Positions 1 through 10,209 of a stretch of 64,000 nucleotides of DNA are shown here, piece after piece. Below the pieces are notes generated by a model. The model was given only the letters and a program-made list of their open reading frames with translations. It was not told the origin of the DNA and made no database searches. The translations under genes were made by a program, and so were the position numbers. Position 1 is the stretch's first letter; each line of letters opens with the position of its first letter. Origin of the DNA: an uncultured Candidatus Rokubacteria bacterium (lineage in GTDB: Bacteria; Methylomirabilota; Methylomirabilia; Rokubacteriales; DASRDR01); assembly GCA_963805625.1 (NCBI GenBank), contig CAWDVE010000016.1, forward strand, positions 160,001 through 224,000. Direction: 5' to 3'.

Positions 1-1
1 C

Positions 2-604
2 CGGCCTCGGATCTTCGAGCCGTTCTTCACGACCAAGCCGATCGGCGTCGGGACGGGCCTCGGGCTTTCCGTTTGCCGGGACATTCTCCATGAGCATCAT
101 GGGACGATCGCGCTGGTCGAGACGCCGGGACCCGGCGCGACGTTCCGCATCGAGCTGCCGCTTGGCGCTCCCTCCGCCACGGGGGTCGACCGCGACGCGG
201 GCGCGAGCCAGCTGGCCGTCTCGGGCGCGAGCATCCTGCTCGTGGATGATGAACCGGAGATCCTGGGGACGTTGGCCGAGATCCTGACGTATGCCGGCCA
301 CCGGGTGGAGACCGCCGCCGATGGGACCGCCGCGCTCGCGCGCCTGGACAGCCGATCCTTCGACGTCATCGTGAGCGACGTACGGATGCCCGGCCTCGAT
401 GGTCCCGGGCTGTATGCGGAGATCGGGCGCCGATTCCCGTCACTTCGGGAGCGCATCGTGTTCCTGACTGGAGACACGCTAAACGCGGAGACGCGGGAGT
501 TCCTGGAGCGGACGGGGGCCGTGAGTCTCGGCAAGCCGTTTCTCGTCGCCAAGGTGACGCAGGCGATTCAGCGGGCGCTTGGCGGTCGGCCGCCAGTCGA
601 CTGA
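2..604 (+). CDS. Hybrid sensor histidine kinase/response regulator, 3' part (5' end outside window)
   Basis: Frame 2 from the window start reads RIFEPFFTTKPIGVGTGLGLS...GATFRIELP (HATPase_c G boxes) and continues in frame into a receiver domain (LLVDDE...VSDVRMPGLDG...FLTG...KPF). Confidence 0.9.
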   Translation, partial: RPRIFEPFFTTKPIGVGTGLGLSVCRDILHEHHGTIALVETPGPGATFRIELPLGAPSATGVDRDAGASQLAVSGASILLVDDEPEILGTLAEILTYAGHRVETAADGTAALARLDSRSFDVIVSDVRMPGLDGPGLYAEIGRRFPSLRERIVFLTGDTLNAETREFLERTGAVSLGKPFLVAKVTQAIQRALGGRPPVD

Positions 605-661
605 CGCGTAGCTGACTCGTAGCTCGTTGACCCCCCCGGGCGACAGCGCTACCCTCGCCAC

Positions 662-2095
662 GTGGCGCTCGACTTGGTGGTCCGCGGAGGCACCGTCGTC
701 ACCCCCCAGGGGGTCGGTCCGTGGGACGTGGGCGTCCAGGGTGAGCGCATTGCCGTGCTGGCGCTGCCCGGGACCTTGCCGACGGACGGCGCCCGGGTTC
801 TGGACGCCTCGGGACGGGTCGTCGCGCCGGGCGGTGTCGAGCCCCACACCCACCTCGCTCACGCGATCCGCACCCGCCCCGATGACCCCGGCCTGACCCT
901 CGGCCCCGAGGAGGACACCCGCGGCATGGCGTGCGGCGGCACGACCACGCACATCGACTTCGCCTTCGTCCGGCCGGGGAGCGGCATCGCCGAGACCCTC
1001 GAGCAGCGGGCGGCCCGCTGGGCGGGGCGCTCCCACGTCGACTACAGCTTCCACGTCACCCTCTGCGGGGCGCTGCCGCTCGCCGTCTTCGCCGAGATGC
1101 GGGAGGCGATCGAAGCGGGCTTCCCGAGCTTCAAGGTGTTCACGACGGACGTCCTGCCGCCGCATCCGAAGCGGCCCTCGTTCCGGCTCGATTTCGGACG
1201 GATCGAGCTCGCGATGCGGGAGGCGGCCCGGCACGGCGGCCTCATGACGGTCCACGCGGAGGATGACGAGCTGGTGCAGACCGCCTACGAGCGCTTCCGC
1301 GCCGAGGGACGGCTGGACGGGACGAACATGCACCTCGTCCACACGAAGCTCTCGGAGCAGCTGGCCTTCGGGCGGGCGATCGGACTGGGGCGGGCGACGG
1401 GCGCCGGCATCTACTTCGTCCACACCTCCGCCCGGGAAGGGCTCGAGGCCGTCGAGGCGGCGCGGGCGGCGGGCGCTCCCGTCTATGCGGAGACCCTCCA
1501 CCAGTACGCTTGCTTCGACGCCGAGTACTACAAGACGCCCCGTGGCTTCTGCGCTCACACGTACCCGTCGCTCAAGCTGCCGGAGGACCGGGAGGCGCTC
1601 TGGCGCGGGCTGGTGGAGGGCGGCGTCTCGACCCTGGCGACGGACGAGTACCCCACCAGCCTCGCACTGAAGCTGCGCGGCCGCACGATCGAGGACGTGA
1701 CCGGCGGCAACCTCGGCGCGGAGGCGCGCATGGGCATCGCGTTCACGGAGGGGGTCGTCAAGCGTGGCATGTCGCTCGAGCGATTCGCCGCGGTCACCGC
1801 GACGAACGCCGCGCGGATTTTCGGGCTCCACCCGCGGAAAGGCATCATCGCGCCGGGCAGCGACGCCGACCTCGTCCTGATCGACCCGGCGATCCGGAAG
1901 ACCCTCACACGCGACGACTTTCACGTGAGCGACTACAGTCCGTGGGAGGGCTGGGCCGTGTCCGGCTGGCCGGTCACCACGCTCCTCCGCGGCAAGGTGA
2001 TCGCGGACCGCGGTCAGCTGCTCGGCGACGTCGGGGACGGCCGGCTCGTTCCCCGCCGGATCGATCCGGCGGTGCTCCGCCACCCCGTCTGCTGA
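662..2095 (+). CDS. Dihydropyrimidinase/hydantoinase-like cyclic amidohydrolase
   Basis: GGVEPHTH metal motif, GGTTT, SFKVF (carbamylated Lys position), VHAED, FVHTS, and C-terminal KGIIAPGSDADLV and SPWEG...GWPVTTLLRG. Confidence 0.85.
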   Translation: MALDLVVRGGTVVTPQGVGPWDVGVQGERIAVLALPGTLPTDGARVLDASGRVVAPGGVEPHTHLAHAIRTRPDDPGLTLGPEEDTRGMACGGTTTHIDFAFVRPGSGIAETLEQRAARWAGRSHVDYSFHVTLCGALPLAVFAEMREAIEAGFPSFKVFTTDVLPPHPKRPSFRLDFGRIELAMREAARHGGLMTVHAEDDELVQTAYERFRAEGRLDGTNMHLVHTKLSEQLAFGRAIGLGRATGAGIYFVHTSAREGLEAVEAARAAGAPVYAETLHQYACFDAEYYKTPRGFCAHTYPSLKLPEDREALWRGLVEGGVSTLATDEYPTSLALKLRGRTIEDVTGGNLGAEARMGIAFTEGVVKRGMSLERFAAVTATNAARIFGLHPRKGIIAPGSDADLVLIDPAIRKTLTRDDFHVSDYSPWEGWAVSGWPVTTLLRGKVIADRGQLLGDVGDGRLVPRRIDPAVLRHPVC

Positions 2096-2110
2096 CCGGG
2101 AGCGACCCGC

Positions 2111-3343
2111 TCAGGCCGGTGTCGCCGGCAGACTCGCGCCTGTCCGCCACGGCCGGGTCGCCGCCAGGAGGAGAAGCAGGCCGAGGCCGAGGCTTCCGTT
2201 GAGCAGGAAGGCCGCGGAGACGCCGTAGCGCTCCGAGGTCGCGCCGACGAGGAAGGAGCCGAACGGGAACACGCCACCGTAGACCCACGTGTAGAGGCTC
2301 ATGACCCGCCCCCGGAGCTCGTCCGGCGACCCGAGCTGGATGGCCGTGTTGCACCCCGTCACGGTGATGATCCCCGCGAAGCCAATCACGAAGAGCATCG
2401 GAACGGCCGCCCAGACGTGGTGGACCGTCGAGAGCCCGAGGAGGCCGGTGCAGGCCACCGCCGCGGTGCCGAGGAGCAGGCCGAGGCCGGGCTCCGGGTT
2501 GGCCCGCGCGCCGAGGGCCAGGGCGCCCGCGACCGCCCCCACCCCGAGCGCGGCCATCAGGAACCCGAACCCCTCCGGCCCGAGCTGGAGGACCGTCCGC
2601 GCGAGAAGCGGGACGTAGACCGTGAAGTTGAAGACGCAGAGGCTCACGACGAAGAGGACACCCAGCACGGCGCGCATGCGAGGCGTCCGAGCCACGTGGC
2701 GCACGCCTTCCGCGATGTCGCGGCGGAGGGACGCGCCGCGCGCGGGCTGCGCAGCCTGGTCGTCGGACAGGCCGAGTAGCGTGGCCAGCACGACCGCGAA
2801 CCCGAGGCCATTGACGACGAAGGCGGGAACCACGCCGAGCCGCGCGATCAGGAGGCCCGCAACCGCCGGGCCCACGATACGCGCCGCGTTGAACGAGGCC
2901 GAGTTGAGCGCGACCGCGTTCACGAGGTCCTTCCGGCCGACCAGCCTCATCACGAAGGACTGCCGCACGGGAGCATCGAGCGTGTTGGCCAGGCCGGTGA
3001 CGAGCCCGAGCAGCGCGATCTGCCAGTAGCGGGTCCGTCCGGTCGCCACGAGCAGGGCCAGGGCCCACGCCTGGCACGCGAGCACCGCCTGGGTGGCGAT
3101 CAGCAGGCGCCGCTGCGGCCGGCGATCGGCGATCACCCCGGCAACCGGCGAGAGCAGGAGGATCGGCCCGAACTGGAGCGTCCCGAGGAGACCCAGCTTG
3201 AACGGCGAGTTCGTGAGCTGGAGGACGAGCCACGCCTGGGACACCGTCTGCATCCAGGTGCCCACGAGCGCGACGAGCTGCGCGAGGAAGAAGGTGCGGA
3301 ACGGCCGGTGGTTCAACGCGCGAAGCCCGTGGGGAAGCGCCAT
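2111..3343 (-). CDS. MFS transporter (MFS_3/DUF894 type)
   Basis: About 12 hydrophobic segments, GTWMQTV, GVIADR, NAVALNSASFNAARIVGP, ELRGRVMS. Start placed at ATG 3343 (MALPHGLRAL). Confidence 0.9.
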   Translation of the reverse strand: MALPHGLRALNHRPFRTFFLAQLVALVGTWMQTVSQAWLVLQLTNSPFKLGLLGTLQFGPILLLSPVAGVIADRRPQRRLLIATQAVLACQAWALALLVATGRTRYWQIALLGLVTGLANTLDAPVRQSFVMRLVGRKDLVNAVALNSASFNAARIVGPAVAGLLIARLGVVPAFVVNGLGFAVVLATLLGLSDDQAAQPARGASLRRDIAEGVRHVARTPRMRAVLGVLFVVSLCVFNFTVYVPLLARTVLQLGPEGFGFLMAALGVGAVAGALALGARANPEPGLGLLLGTAAVACTGLLGLSTVHHVWAAVPMLFVIGFAGIITVTGCNTAIQLGSPDELRGRVMSLYTWVYGGVFPFGSFLVGATSERYGVSAAFLLNGSLGLGLLLLLAATRPWRTGASLPATPA

Positions 3344-3353
3344 GACCCGCGAC

Positions 3354-3402
3354 AGTGTACCGCCGCTCGTCGTCCCGGACCGGGTGCGCAGGGCCCTATA
3401 AT
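3354..3402. promoter_or_regulatory. Divergent sigma70-type -10 elements
   Basis: TATAAT at 3397-3402 (+) upstream of the thiolase; TACACT at 3354-3359 (-) upstream of the MFS gene. Confidence 0.5.
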
Positions 3403-3422
3403 GGCCGGTGGGAGGACCCACC

Positions 3423-4622
3423 ATGCCGGACGCCTTCATCTGCGACGCTGCCCGGACCCCCATCGGCCGCTACGGCGGCGCTCTCGCGCCCGTCCGGCCC
3501 GACGACCTCGCCGCGATCCCGATCCGGGCGCTCGTGGGGCGCCATCCGCGGGTCGACTGGGCGCGCGTCGACGACGTCATCCTCGGCTGCGCCAACCAGG
3601 CGGGTGAGGACAACCGGAACGTGGCGCGGATGGCGACGCTCCTCGCGGGCCTGCCGGTCGAGATCTCCGGGGCGACGATCAACCGCCTCTGCGGCTCCGG
3701 GCTCGACGCGGTGGCCACGGCGGCGCGGCTGGTTCGCGCGGGCGAGGCGGATCTCATCGTCGCCGGCGGTGTGGAGAGCATGTCACGGGCGCCCTTCGTC
3801 ATGGGCAAGGCCGACGCCCCCTTCGCGCGCGACACCCGCCTGTACGACACGACGATCGGCTGGCGGTTCGTCAATCCGCGGATGCAGGAGCTATTCGGCA
3901 CCGACGCGATGGGGGAGACCGCGGAGAACGTCGCCGAGGAGTGGAAGATCGAGCGCACCGACCAGGATGCCTTCGCCCTCCGGAGCCAGCACCGGGCGCG
4001 GGCCGCGCAGCGGAGCGGGCGCCTCGCGCAGGAGATCGTGCCCGTCGCCGTGCCCCGGGGCAAGGAGACCGTCCAGGTCGCCGAGGACGAGCATCCGCGC
4101 GACACCACGCTCGAGGCTCTCGCCCGTCTCAGGCCCGCCTTCCGGGCCGGAGGCACCGTGACGGCGGGCAATGCGTCCGGCGTGAACGACGGCGCCTGTG
4201 CGCTCCTCGTCGCCTCCGAGGGCGCCGCGGCCGCCTACGGCCTCACGCCCCGGGTGCGCGTCGTCGCGGGGGCCACGGCCGGTGTGCCCCCCCGTGTCAT
4301 GGGGATCGGCCCCGTGCCGGCGACGCGCAAGCTGCTGGCGCGCATCGGCGTCGACATCGCCCGGATCGACGTGGTCGAGCTGAACGAGGCGTTCGCGGCC
4401 CAGGCGCTGGCCGTGCTCCGCGACCTCGGGCTCCCCGACGACGCCGAGCACGTGAACCCGAACGGTGGTGCCATCGCACTCGGGCACCCGCTCGGGATGA
4501 GCGGCGCCCGCCTCGCGACGACGGCGACCTACGAGCTCCAGGCGCGGGGCGGCCGCTACGCCCTCTGCACGATGTGCATCGGCGTCGGCCAGGGCATCGC
4601 GGTCCTGCTGGAGCGGGTCTGA
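3423..4622 (+). CDS. pcaF: 3-oxoadipyl-CoA thiolase (PcaF/PaaJ type)
   Basis: [35 protein letters not shown] (catalytic Cys), [32 protein letters not shown]; GGAGG upstream of ATG 3423. Confidence 0.9.
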   Translation: MPDAFICDAARTPIGRYGGALAPVRPDDLAAIPIRALVGRHPRVDWARVDDVILGCANQAGEDNRNVARMATLLAGLPVEISGATINRLCGSGLDAVATAARLVRAGEADLIVAGGVESMSRAPFVMGKADAPFARDTRLYDTTIGWRFVNPRMQELFGTDAMGETAENVAEEWKIERTDQDAFALRSQHRARAAQRSGRLAQEIVPVAVPRGKETVQVAEDEHPRDTTLEALARLRPAFRAGGTVTAGNASGVNDGACALLVASEGAAAAYGLTPRVRVVAGATAGVPPRVMGIGPVPATRKLLARIGVDIARIDVVELNEAFAAQALAVLRDLGLPDDAEHVNPNGGAIALGHPLGMSGARLATTATYELQARGGRYALCTMCIGVGQGIAVLLERV

Positions 4623-4644
4623 GCGGGCGGGAGGATCCTAGGCC

Positions 4645-5019
4645 ATGACGACGGTCAACGTCCGCTACATGGTCGACGATGTCGATGCCGCCATCGCGTT
4701 CTACACTACCCACCTCGGCTTCAGCCTGCTCACCCGGATGGCGCCGGCCTTCGCCGACGTCGCCCGGGGCGACCTCCGGCTCCTCCTCAGCGCGCGGACC
4801 AGCTCGGCCGGGCGGGCCATGCCCGATGGCCGCCAGCCCGTCGCCGGGGGCTGGAACCGGATCCAGCTGGTCGTCGACGATATCGTCGCCGAGGTGAGTC
4901 GCTTGCGAGCCGCCGGGGTACCGTTTCGCAACGAGATCGTGCGGGGTCCGGGGGGTGCCCAGATCCTGATCGACGACCCGTCCGGCAATCCCATCGAGCT
5001 CTTCCAGCCCGCTCGCTGA
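4645..5019 (+). CDS. VOC/glyoxalase family protein
   Basis: VRYMVDDVDAAIAFY...GWNRIQLVVDD...DDPSGNPIELFQP; GGAGG RBS upstream. Confidence 0.9.
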   Translation: MTTVNVRYMVDDVDAAIAFYTTHLGFSLLTRMAPAFADVARGDLRLLLSARTSSAGRAMPDGRQPVAGGWNRIQLVVDDIVAEVSRLRAAGVPFRNEIVRGPGGAQILIDDPSGNPIELFQPAR

Positions 5020-5074
5020 CGGCGGTTCGGCACCGCGCGCGGGGGCTCGAGCGGGCCGTAGCCCGGGTTCGGGG

Positions 5075-5905
5075 CTATCCGCCGAGGAAGGTGCCGAGCC
5101 GGCGCGTGAAGTCCTCGCGCTCCTCGGTCTGAGGCGAGTGGCCGCTCGCCTCGAAGATCGTGAGCTCCGAGTGCGGGATCAGCCGGTGGATCTGCTCGGC
5201 CTGGTCGACGGGGCAGATCCAGTCGTGACGCCCCACCATGACGAGGGTGGGGCAGGTGATGCGCGGGAGCTCGGGCCGGCAATCGTAGGTCGGGTACTCG
5301 TGCTGGATGATGAACTGCCGCACGGCGATCCGGTACCGCGTGTCGGCGCGCGCCGCGTTCGCGGCCTCGGCCAGCGCCTTGTCGTGAAAGTAGAGCGGCC
5401 GGATCGTCTCGAAGGCGCGCCGGAAGCTCTGGTCGTCGGGGAGCGAGCCGTCCCAGAGCGAGCGGTACGCCGCCCATTGCTCGGGCGTTGCCTGGCGGCG
5501 CGCGTTGGCTTCCGCGCGCGGCATGAACTCGTGGCTCGCCGCTGCCCCGACGACGGCGAGCCGGCGAATCGAGCCGGGGTGACGCGCGGCGTACATGAGG
5601 GCGAGGTACCCGCCCCAGCTGATGCCGAGCACATCGACCGGGCCGAGGCCGAGCGCGAGCCGCACGCCCTCCGCGTCCGCCACCAGCTGGTCCTGTGTGC
5701 ACTGCTCGACGGGGACCCACTCGGAGCGCCCGTGGCCGCGGTGGTCCCAGAAGACCATGCGAAGGCCGAGCGGGCCCGCCAGCGGTCCGAGCGAGCGGAC
5801 GAGCCCCGCCGAGTCCGTGCCGGGGCCGCCGTGGGGGACGAGGCAGGGCGCCCCGTCCCCCACGTCCTCCGCGTGGAGGGTCGTTCCGTTGACGCGGAGC
5901 TCCAC
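5075..5905 (-). CDS. Alpha/beta hydrolase (proline iminopeptidase-like)
   Basis: HGGPG, DHRGHGRS, GISWGG nucleophile elbow, GRHDWICP, SGHSP. Confidence 0.88.
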   Translation of the reverse strand: MELRVNGTTLHAEDVGDGAPCLVPHGGPGTDSAGLVRSLGPLAGPLGLRMVFWDHRGHGRSEWVPVEQCTQDQLVADAEGVRLALGLGPVDVLGISWGGYLALMYAARHPGSIRRLAVVGAAASHEFMPRAEANARRQATPEQWAAYRSLWDGSLPDDQSFRRAFETIRPLYFHDKALAEAANAARADTRYRIAVRQFIIQHEYPTYDCRPELPRITCPTLVMVGRHDWICPVDQAEQIHRLIPHSELTIFEASGHSPQTEEREDFTRRLGTFLGG

Positions 5906-5912
5906 GTCGTTC

Positions 5913-6963
5913 CTAGCGTCCCATCAGCTTCACGGCCTTCAGGGACTGGTAGATCCCGCCGTAGGCCGGGATGGGGACGAACCCGTCGTAGCTCTGGCGG
6001 GTGACGTAGACCTGCTGGGGGAAATCGAGGAAGACGTACGGCGCGTCCTCCATGAGGATCTTCGAGAACTCGGCGTAGTGCCGCTTCCGCTCCGCCTGAT
6101 CGCCGACCCGGCGAGCGGCCTCGAGCTCCGCATCGGCGCGCGGGTTCTTGTAGTGGGCGAAGTTGCGGGCCTTCCACTGGCCCGAGTGCCAGATCGAGTA
6201 GGCGAAGGGATCGGGATCGTGGAAGTTCGTCCAGCCCACGACGATCCCCTCGAAGTCCGACGCGAAGAGCTTCTTGACGAACGTCGGCCAGTCGAGTGGC
6301 TCGACGGTCGCCTCGACCCCGACCTCTTCAGGAACTCCTGGATGATGATCGCCGTGTCCTTGACGGTCTGATCCCCTGGTCGTGCCGCAGCGAGAAGGAC
6401 AGGCGCTTGCCGTCCTTCGTCAGGATCCCGTCCGCCCCGGGCTTCCACCCGGCCTCTGCGAGGAGGGCCTTGGCCCTGTTCGGATCGTAGGCGTAGGGCT
6501 TGACCGACGGGTCGAACGCCCAGCTGCCCGGTGGGAACTGCCCGTTCGAGATCGCCCCGTACCCCTGGAGCACCTCGCGAACGATGGCGGGGACGTCGAT
6601 GGCGTGATAGAAGGCGCGGCGGACGCGAAGGTCGTCGAACGGCGCGAGATCCTGGCGGAAACCGAAGTACGTGTAGGAAGTGTTGTCGGTCGCCAGCACC
6701 TTGAGCCCGGCGGTCTGCTTGAGGCGCCCCACCTCGGTCAGCGGGGGCCGATCGATGAAGTCGACGCCGCCGGCCCGGAGCTCCTGGAGCCGCTGGCGCA
6801 CCTGGGCCGCGACCTCCTGCGAGAACTCGCCGCTGATCAGGACCGCCTCCGGCCCGCCCGGCGCCAGGCGCATCAGCGTGAAGAGGACGACGGAGACGCC
6901 GGCGAGCATCAACCCGGCGAACCCGAGCCGCTTCGCGACGTAGCGCCCGAGACCTCGACTCAT
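5913..6963 (-). pseudogene. Chimeric peptide ABC transporter remnant: DppB-like permease N-terminus fused to the C-terminal half of a family 5 substrate-binding protein, frameshifted
   Basis: Residues 1-59 (RYVAKRL...FTLMRLAPGGP) are permease-like. They are followed by SBP motifs FDDLRVRRAFYHAID and YDPNRAKALLAEAGW. The SBP tail (DPDPF...NFAHYKNPRAD...EDAPY) continues in other frames after indels near 6370 and 6320. Confidence 0.75.
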
Positions 6964-7034
6964 CTCTCGCGGTGCAGCGAGGGTGACGCTAGCACCGGCG
7001 CGTGAAGACCGTCAATGGCGGTTCCGGGGCGGGC

Positions 7035-8234
7035 TCACGCCGACGCGCGGCGCCGGACGCGAACCAGGCGATGGCCTACGACCGCGGCCAGTCCGGCGGC
7101 CGCGATCGCGACGGCCATCGGGACCGGCGTGCCGTCGTAGAGACGGCCCACTGCCATGCCATAGGCCGCGGCAGCCGTCAGCTGGAGAAACCCGAGGACG
7201 GCCGACGCCAGACCGGCGGTGCGGGGGAAGGGTCCGATGGCGCCGGCGACGGCGGTCGGCAGCACGATCCCGACGCCGATCGCGAAGGCGTACATGGGCC
7301 CGATCACCGCGGGCACCGTCCAGACGCCGCCCCAGGCCAGCCCCGCCATGAGGCAGCCCGCGACCGCGCCGAGGCTGGTGCCTGCGGCGATCAGACGGTC
7401 GATCCCCGCGCGGGGGGTGAGGCGGGCAGCGAGGAAGCTCCCCGTCATCAAGCCGAACGCGACCAGGCCAAAGCAGAGCCCGTAGACGTCGGGCGGGACC
7501 CGCAGGACCTCGATCAGGACGAATGACGATCCCGAGATGAAGGCGAACTGTCCGCCGAACATGAGCGCCACGACCAGCACGTAGCCGAGGAATGACCGGT
7601 CGCCGAGGAGGTCCGCGACGTTTGTCGTGAGATGTCCGGGCCGGAGCGCGTCGGGGTCGCGCCGGCGGTTGGTCTCCGGCACGAGCAGGAGCGCGAGGCC
7701 GAGGAACGCGGCGCCGCACGCCGCGAGCGCGAGGTACACGGCGCGCCAGCCGAGCGCCACGTGGATGACGCCGCCGACGATCGGGGCGAGGATCGGCGTG
7801 AGCGCCATGGCCGTGCCCATGTAGCCGAGGACGCGGGCGGCCTGCGCGGGCTCGTAGAGGTCGCGGACCACCGCGCGACCGACCACCGGGCCGCTCCCCG
7901 CGCCGAGCGCCTGGAGGACGCGGCCGGCGACGAGGAGCCGGGCCGTCGGCGCCGCCCAGCAGGCGAGGCCGCCGATCACGTACACGACGAGCCCGCCCAG
8001 CAGCACGCGGCGCCGGCCGATGCGGTCGGAGAGCGGGCCGTGGATGAGCTGGGCCACGGCGAACCCCGCGAGGAACAGCGTCACCGTCAGCTGGACCGTT
8101 GCGGGCCGTGCCCCGAGCGCCTCGGCGGTGGCGGGAAGGGACGGCAGCGCCATGTCGATCGATAGCGAGCCGATCGCGACCACGGCCGTGAGCAGGACGG
8201 CGACCGGACCACGGAGGCGGCCGCCCGGGCCCAC
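7035..8234 (-). CDS. Bcr/CflA family multidrug MFS transporter
   Basis: SIDMALPSLP, GPLSDRIGRRRVLL, GRVLQALG, RAVVRDLY, GLASAVLGFLQ. Confidence 0.9.
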   Translation of the reverse strand: MGPGGRLRGPVAVLLTAVVAIGSLSIDMALPSLPATAEALGARPATVQLTVTLFLAGFAVAQLIHGPLSDRIGRRRVLLGGLVVYVIGGLACWAAPTARLLVAGRVLQALGAGSGPVVGRAVVRDLYEPAQAARVLGYMGTAMALTPILAPIVGGVIHVALGWRAVYLALAACGAAFLGLALLLVPETNRRRDPDALRPGHLTTNVADLLGDRSFLGYVLVVALMFGGQFAFISGSSFVLIEVLRVPPDVYGLCFGLVAFGLMTGSFLAARLTPRAGIDRLIAAGTSLGAVAGCLMAGLAWGGVWTVPAVIGPMYAFAIGVGIVLPTAVAGAIGPFPRTAGLASAVLGFLQLTAAAAYGMAVGRLYDGTPVPMAVAIAAAGLAAVVGHRLVRVRRRASA

Positions 8235-8278
8235 CGCCCCGCCGGACGGGGGGTCTGCGGAACGCGTGGATCCGGCCC

Positions 8279-9268
8279 CTACGGCTCTGCTGTCACGAGC
8301 CGCGCGAAGGTCGCCGCGTCGATGTTGGTTCCGCAGACGATGATGCCGACCCGGCGGCCGCGGAGCCGCTCCCGCAGGGGGCCGAGGAGCGCCGCCGTGG
8401 CTGCCGCGCCCGCCGGCTCGACGGCGAGCTTGACGCCCCGGAACAGGAGCCCCATGGCGCGCTTGAGCTCATCGTCGCTCACGATCACGAGATCGTCGAG
8501 GGCGCGGCGGCACAGCTCGAAGCTGTAGGGCGCGGCGTGCGGCGCGCCGAGGCTGTCGGCGATCGTCCGCACCGCCTCGATCGACTGCGGCTTGCCCGCC
8601 GCGAGGCTTCGCCGCATCGAGTCCGCGCCCTCCGGCTCGACCCCGAAGACCTGGCAGCGGGGCAGGGCCAGCTTGACGGCGGTCGCGACGCCGGCGCAGA
8701 GACCGCCCCCCCCGATCGGGATGATGACGGCGTCGAGGTCCGGCACCTGCCCGCAGAGCTCGAGCCCGAGCGTGGCGGTGCCGAGGGCCGTGAGCGGGCC
8801 TTCGAAGGGGTGGACGAAGGTTCGGCCCTCCGTGGCCTCGATCTCGCGCACGCGCTCGAACGCCCGGTGCACGTCCTCGACCAGATCGACCTCGGCACCC
8901 CACCACCGGCAGGCGGCCACGCGGGCGGGGTTGGCCGTCCGCGGCATCACGACCTTTGCGGTCGTGCCGAGGACCCGGGCCGCGTAGCCAACGGCGATGG
9001 CGTGGTTGCCCGCGCTCACCGCGGTGACGCCGCGGGCGAGCGTGGCGCGGTCGAGCGCCAGCATGACGGTCAGCGCGCCCCTTGGCTTGAACGTCCCCGT
9101 GTGCTGGAAGAGCTCGAGCTTGAGGATGGCCCGGGTGCTCGCGTCCAGATGGTCGGTGATCTCGCGGCTGCGCCACCACCACACGGGCGTCTCGACGACC
9201 CGGTCGCCGAGCCGCACCCGGGCGGCGCGAATCTCGGGGAGCGTCGGTGCGGACACGTCCGTCCTCAT
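8279..9268 (-). CDS. PLP-dependent serine/threonine dehydratase
   Basis: KLELFQHTGTFKPRGA, SAGNHA, PIGGGGL, VEPAGAAA. The ATG overlaps the upstream stop (ATGA at 9265-9268). Confidence 0.9.
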   Translation of the reverse strand: MRTDVSAPTLPEIRAARVRLGDRVVETPVWWWRSREITDHLDASTRAILKLELFQHTGTFKPRGALTVMLALDRATLARGVTAVSAGNHAIAVGYAARVLGTTAKVVMPRTANPARVAACRWWGAEVDLVEDVHRAFERVREIEATEGRTFVHPFEGPLTALGTATLGLELCGQVPDLDAVIIPIGGGGLCAGVATAVKLALPRCQVFGVEPEGADSMRRSLAAGKPQSIEAVRTIADSLGAPHAAPYSFELCRRALDDLVIVSDDELKRAMGLLFRGVKLAVEPAGAAATAALLGPLRERLRGRRVGIIVCGTNIDAATFARLVTAEP

Positions 9269-10113
9269 CTGGCCGTGGGGGTCGAGGCCGTCGGCAGCGG
9301 CATCCCGTGGTTGCCCCGGTAGTCGGCCGGCTCGGGCGACCGCCAGCCTGCGAGGAGCCCGGTCTCCGGCTGCCAGATCTCGACGCCGAGCGGCCGGCAG
9401 ACCTCGATCGGGTCGCGGGCCCCCGGGCCCCACAGCGGGATGGAGAGGTCGCCGCCGGGGCAGGTCGAGATCGCGCAGAGGAGGTCGATCTCGGCGAAGA
9501 TCTCGAAGAAGTCACCCTTCTTCGCCGGACTGGCCTTCATGAAGTAGCGGTCGTCCTGAAGTCCGGTCACCTGGAAGATGTTGAGCACGTCGTGGACGTC
9601 CAGCTCGGTGAGCCGCCACGGCGCGATCGCCCGGACCAGGTTCGAGTGGCAGCAGAAGTCGAACTCCTGCCCCGTCAGGAGCTTGGTGACGTAGGGATCA
9701 CAGCGCGTCCCGAGGAGGTCGTGGCAGCGGCCGCCGTCGGCATCGATCCCGTACTGGAGCGTGTCGTTCGTGATCGTCGCCATCGGACGCAGATAGGGGA
9801 GCGTCGACCAGAGGCGATCGTGGGTCGTGACGTGAGCCCGATGAAGCTGCTTCGTCCGCGATGCCCAGAAGCGCTCGCGCGGGTTGTGGAGGTGCCAGGC
9901 GTTGAAGTCCGCCACCTGGGGACCCTCGACGGTGACGATCCGGCACAGCTGGCCGGCGCGGACGGGCCACGCGCGTCCCGACCGGATCGGTACCACGAAA
10001 CGGTCAACGAGGGTCCGCGTGGTGGTCTCCCGGGCGAGGCGGTCGTAGAAGGCGCGGTCCACCACGAGGGGGCCGCTCGGGGTCGAGGGGAGATAGGTCC
10101 AGGGTCGCGACAT
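9265..10113 (-). CDS. DUF1989 / urea carboxylase-associated family protein
   Basis: EGPQVADFNAW, HDLLGTRCDPY, CCHSNL, VHDVLNIFQ, STCPGGD; GGAGG upstream of ATG 10113. Confidence 0.85.
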   Translation of the reverse strand: MSRPWTYLPSTPSGPLVVDRAFYDRLARETTTRTLVDRFVVPIRSGRAWPVRAGQLCRIVTVEGPQVADFNAWHLHNPRERFWASRTKQLHRAHVTTHDRLWSTLPYLRPMATITNDTLQYGIDADGGRCHDLLGTRCDPYVTKLLTGQEFDFCCHSNLVRAIAPWRLTELDVHDVLNIFQVTGLQDDRYFMKASPAKKGDFFEIFAEIDLLCAISTCPGGDLSIPLWGPGARDPIEVCRPLGVEIWQPETGLLAGWRSPEPADYRGNHGMPLPTASTPTAR

Positions 10114-10209
10114 CGTCGGCCTCCGGTCAGAGTGTGCGGGCGCCACTCTAGCACGGGCGCCCGAGGGGAGTCCGCCACGCTCGGGACTCGCGGCGATGCG
10201 GATTCGTCC

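Noticed and set aside
479-2083. Long antisense or alternate-frame ORFs (for example 479-2083, 17275-19023, 34241-36136, 39371-41758, 42323-44578)
   Set aside because: Shadow ORFs expected at this GC content; Arg/Pro/Gly-rich, without motifs, and overlapping well-supported genes.
10114-10209. Possible guanidine riboswitch upstream of the DUF1989 gene
   Set aside because: No paired ACGR-loop hairpins or ykkC consensus seen, and the putative -10 leaves only a ~25-nt leader.
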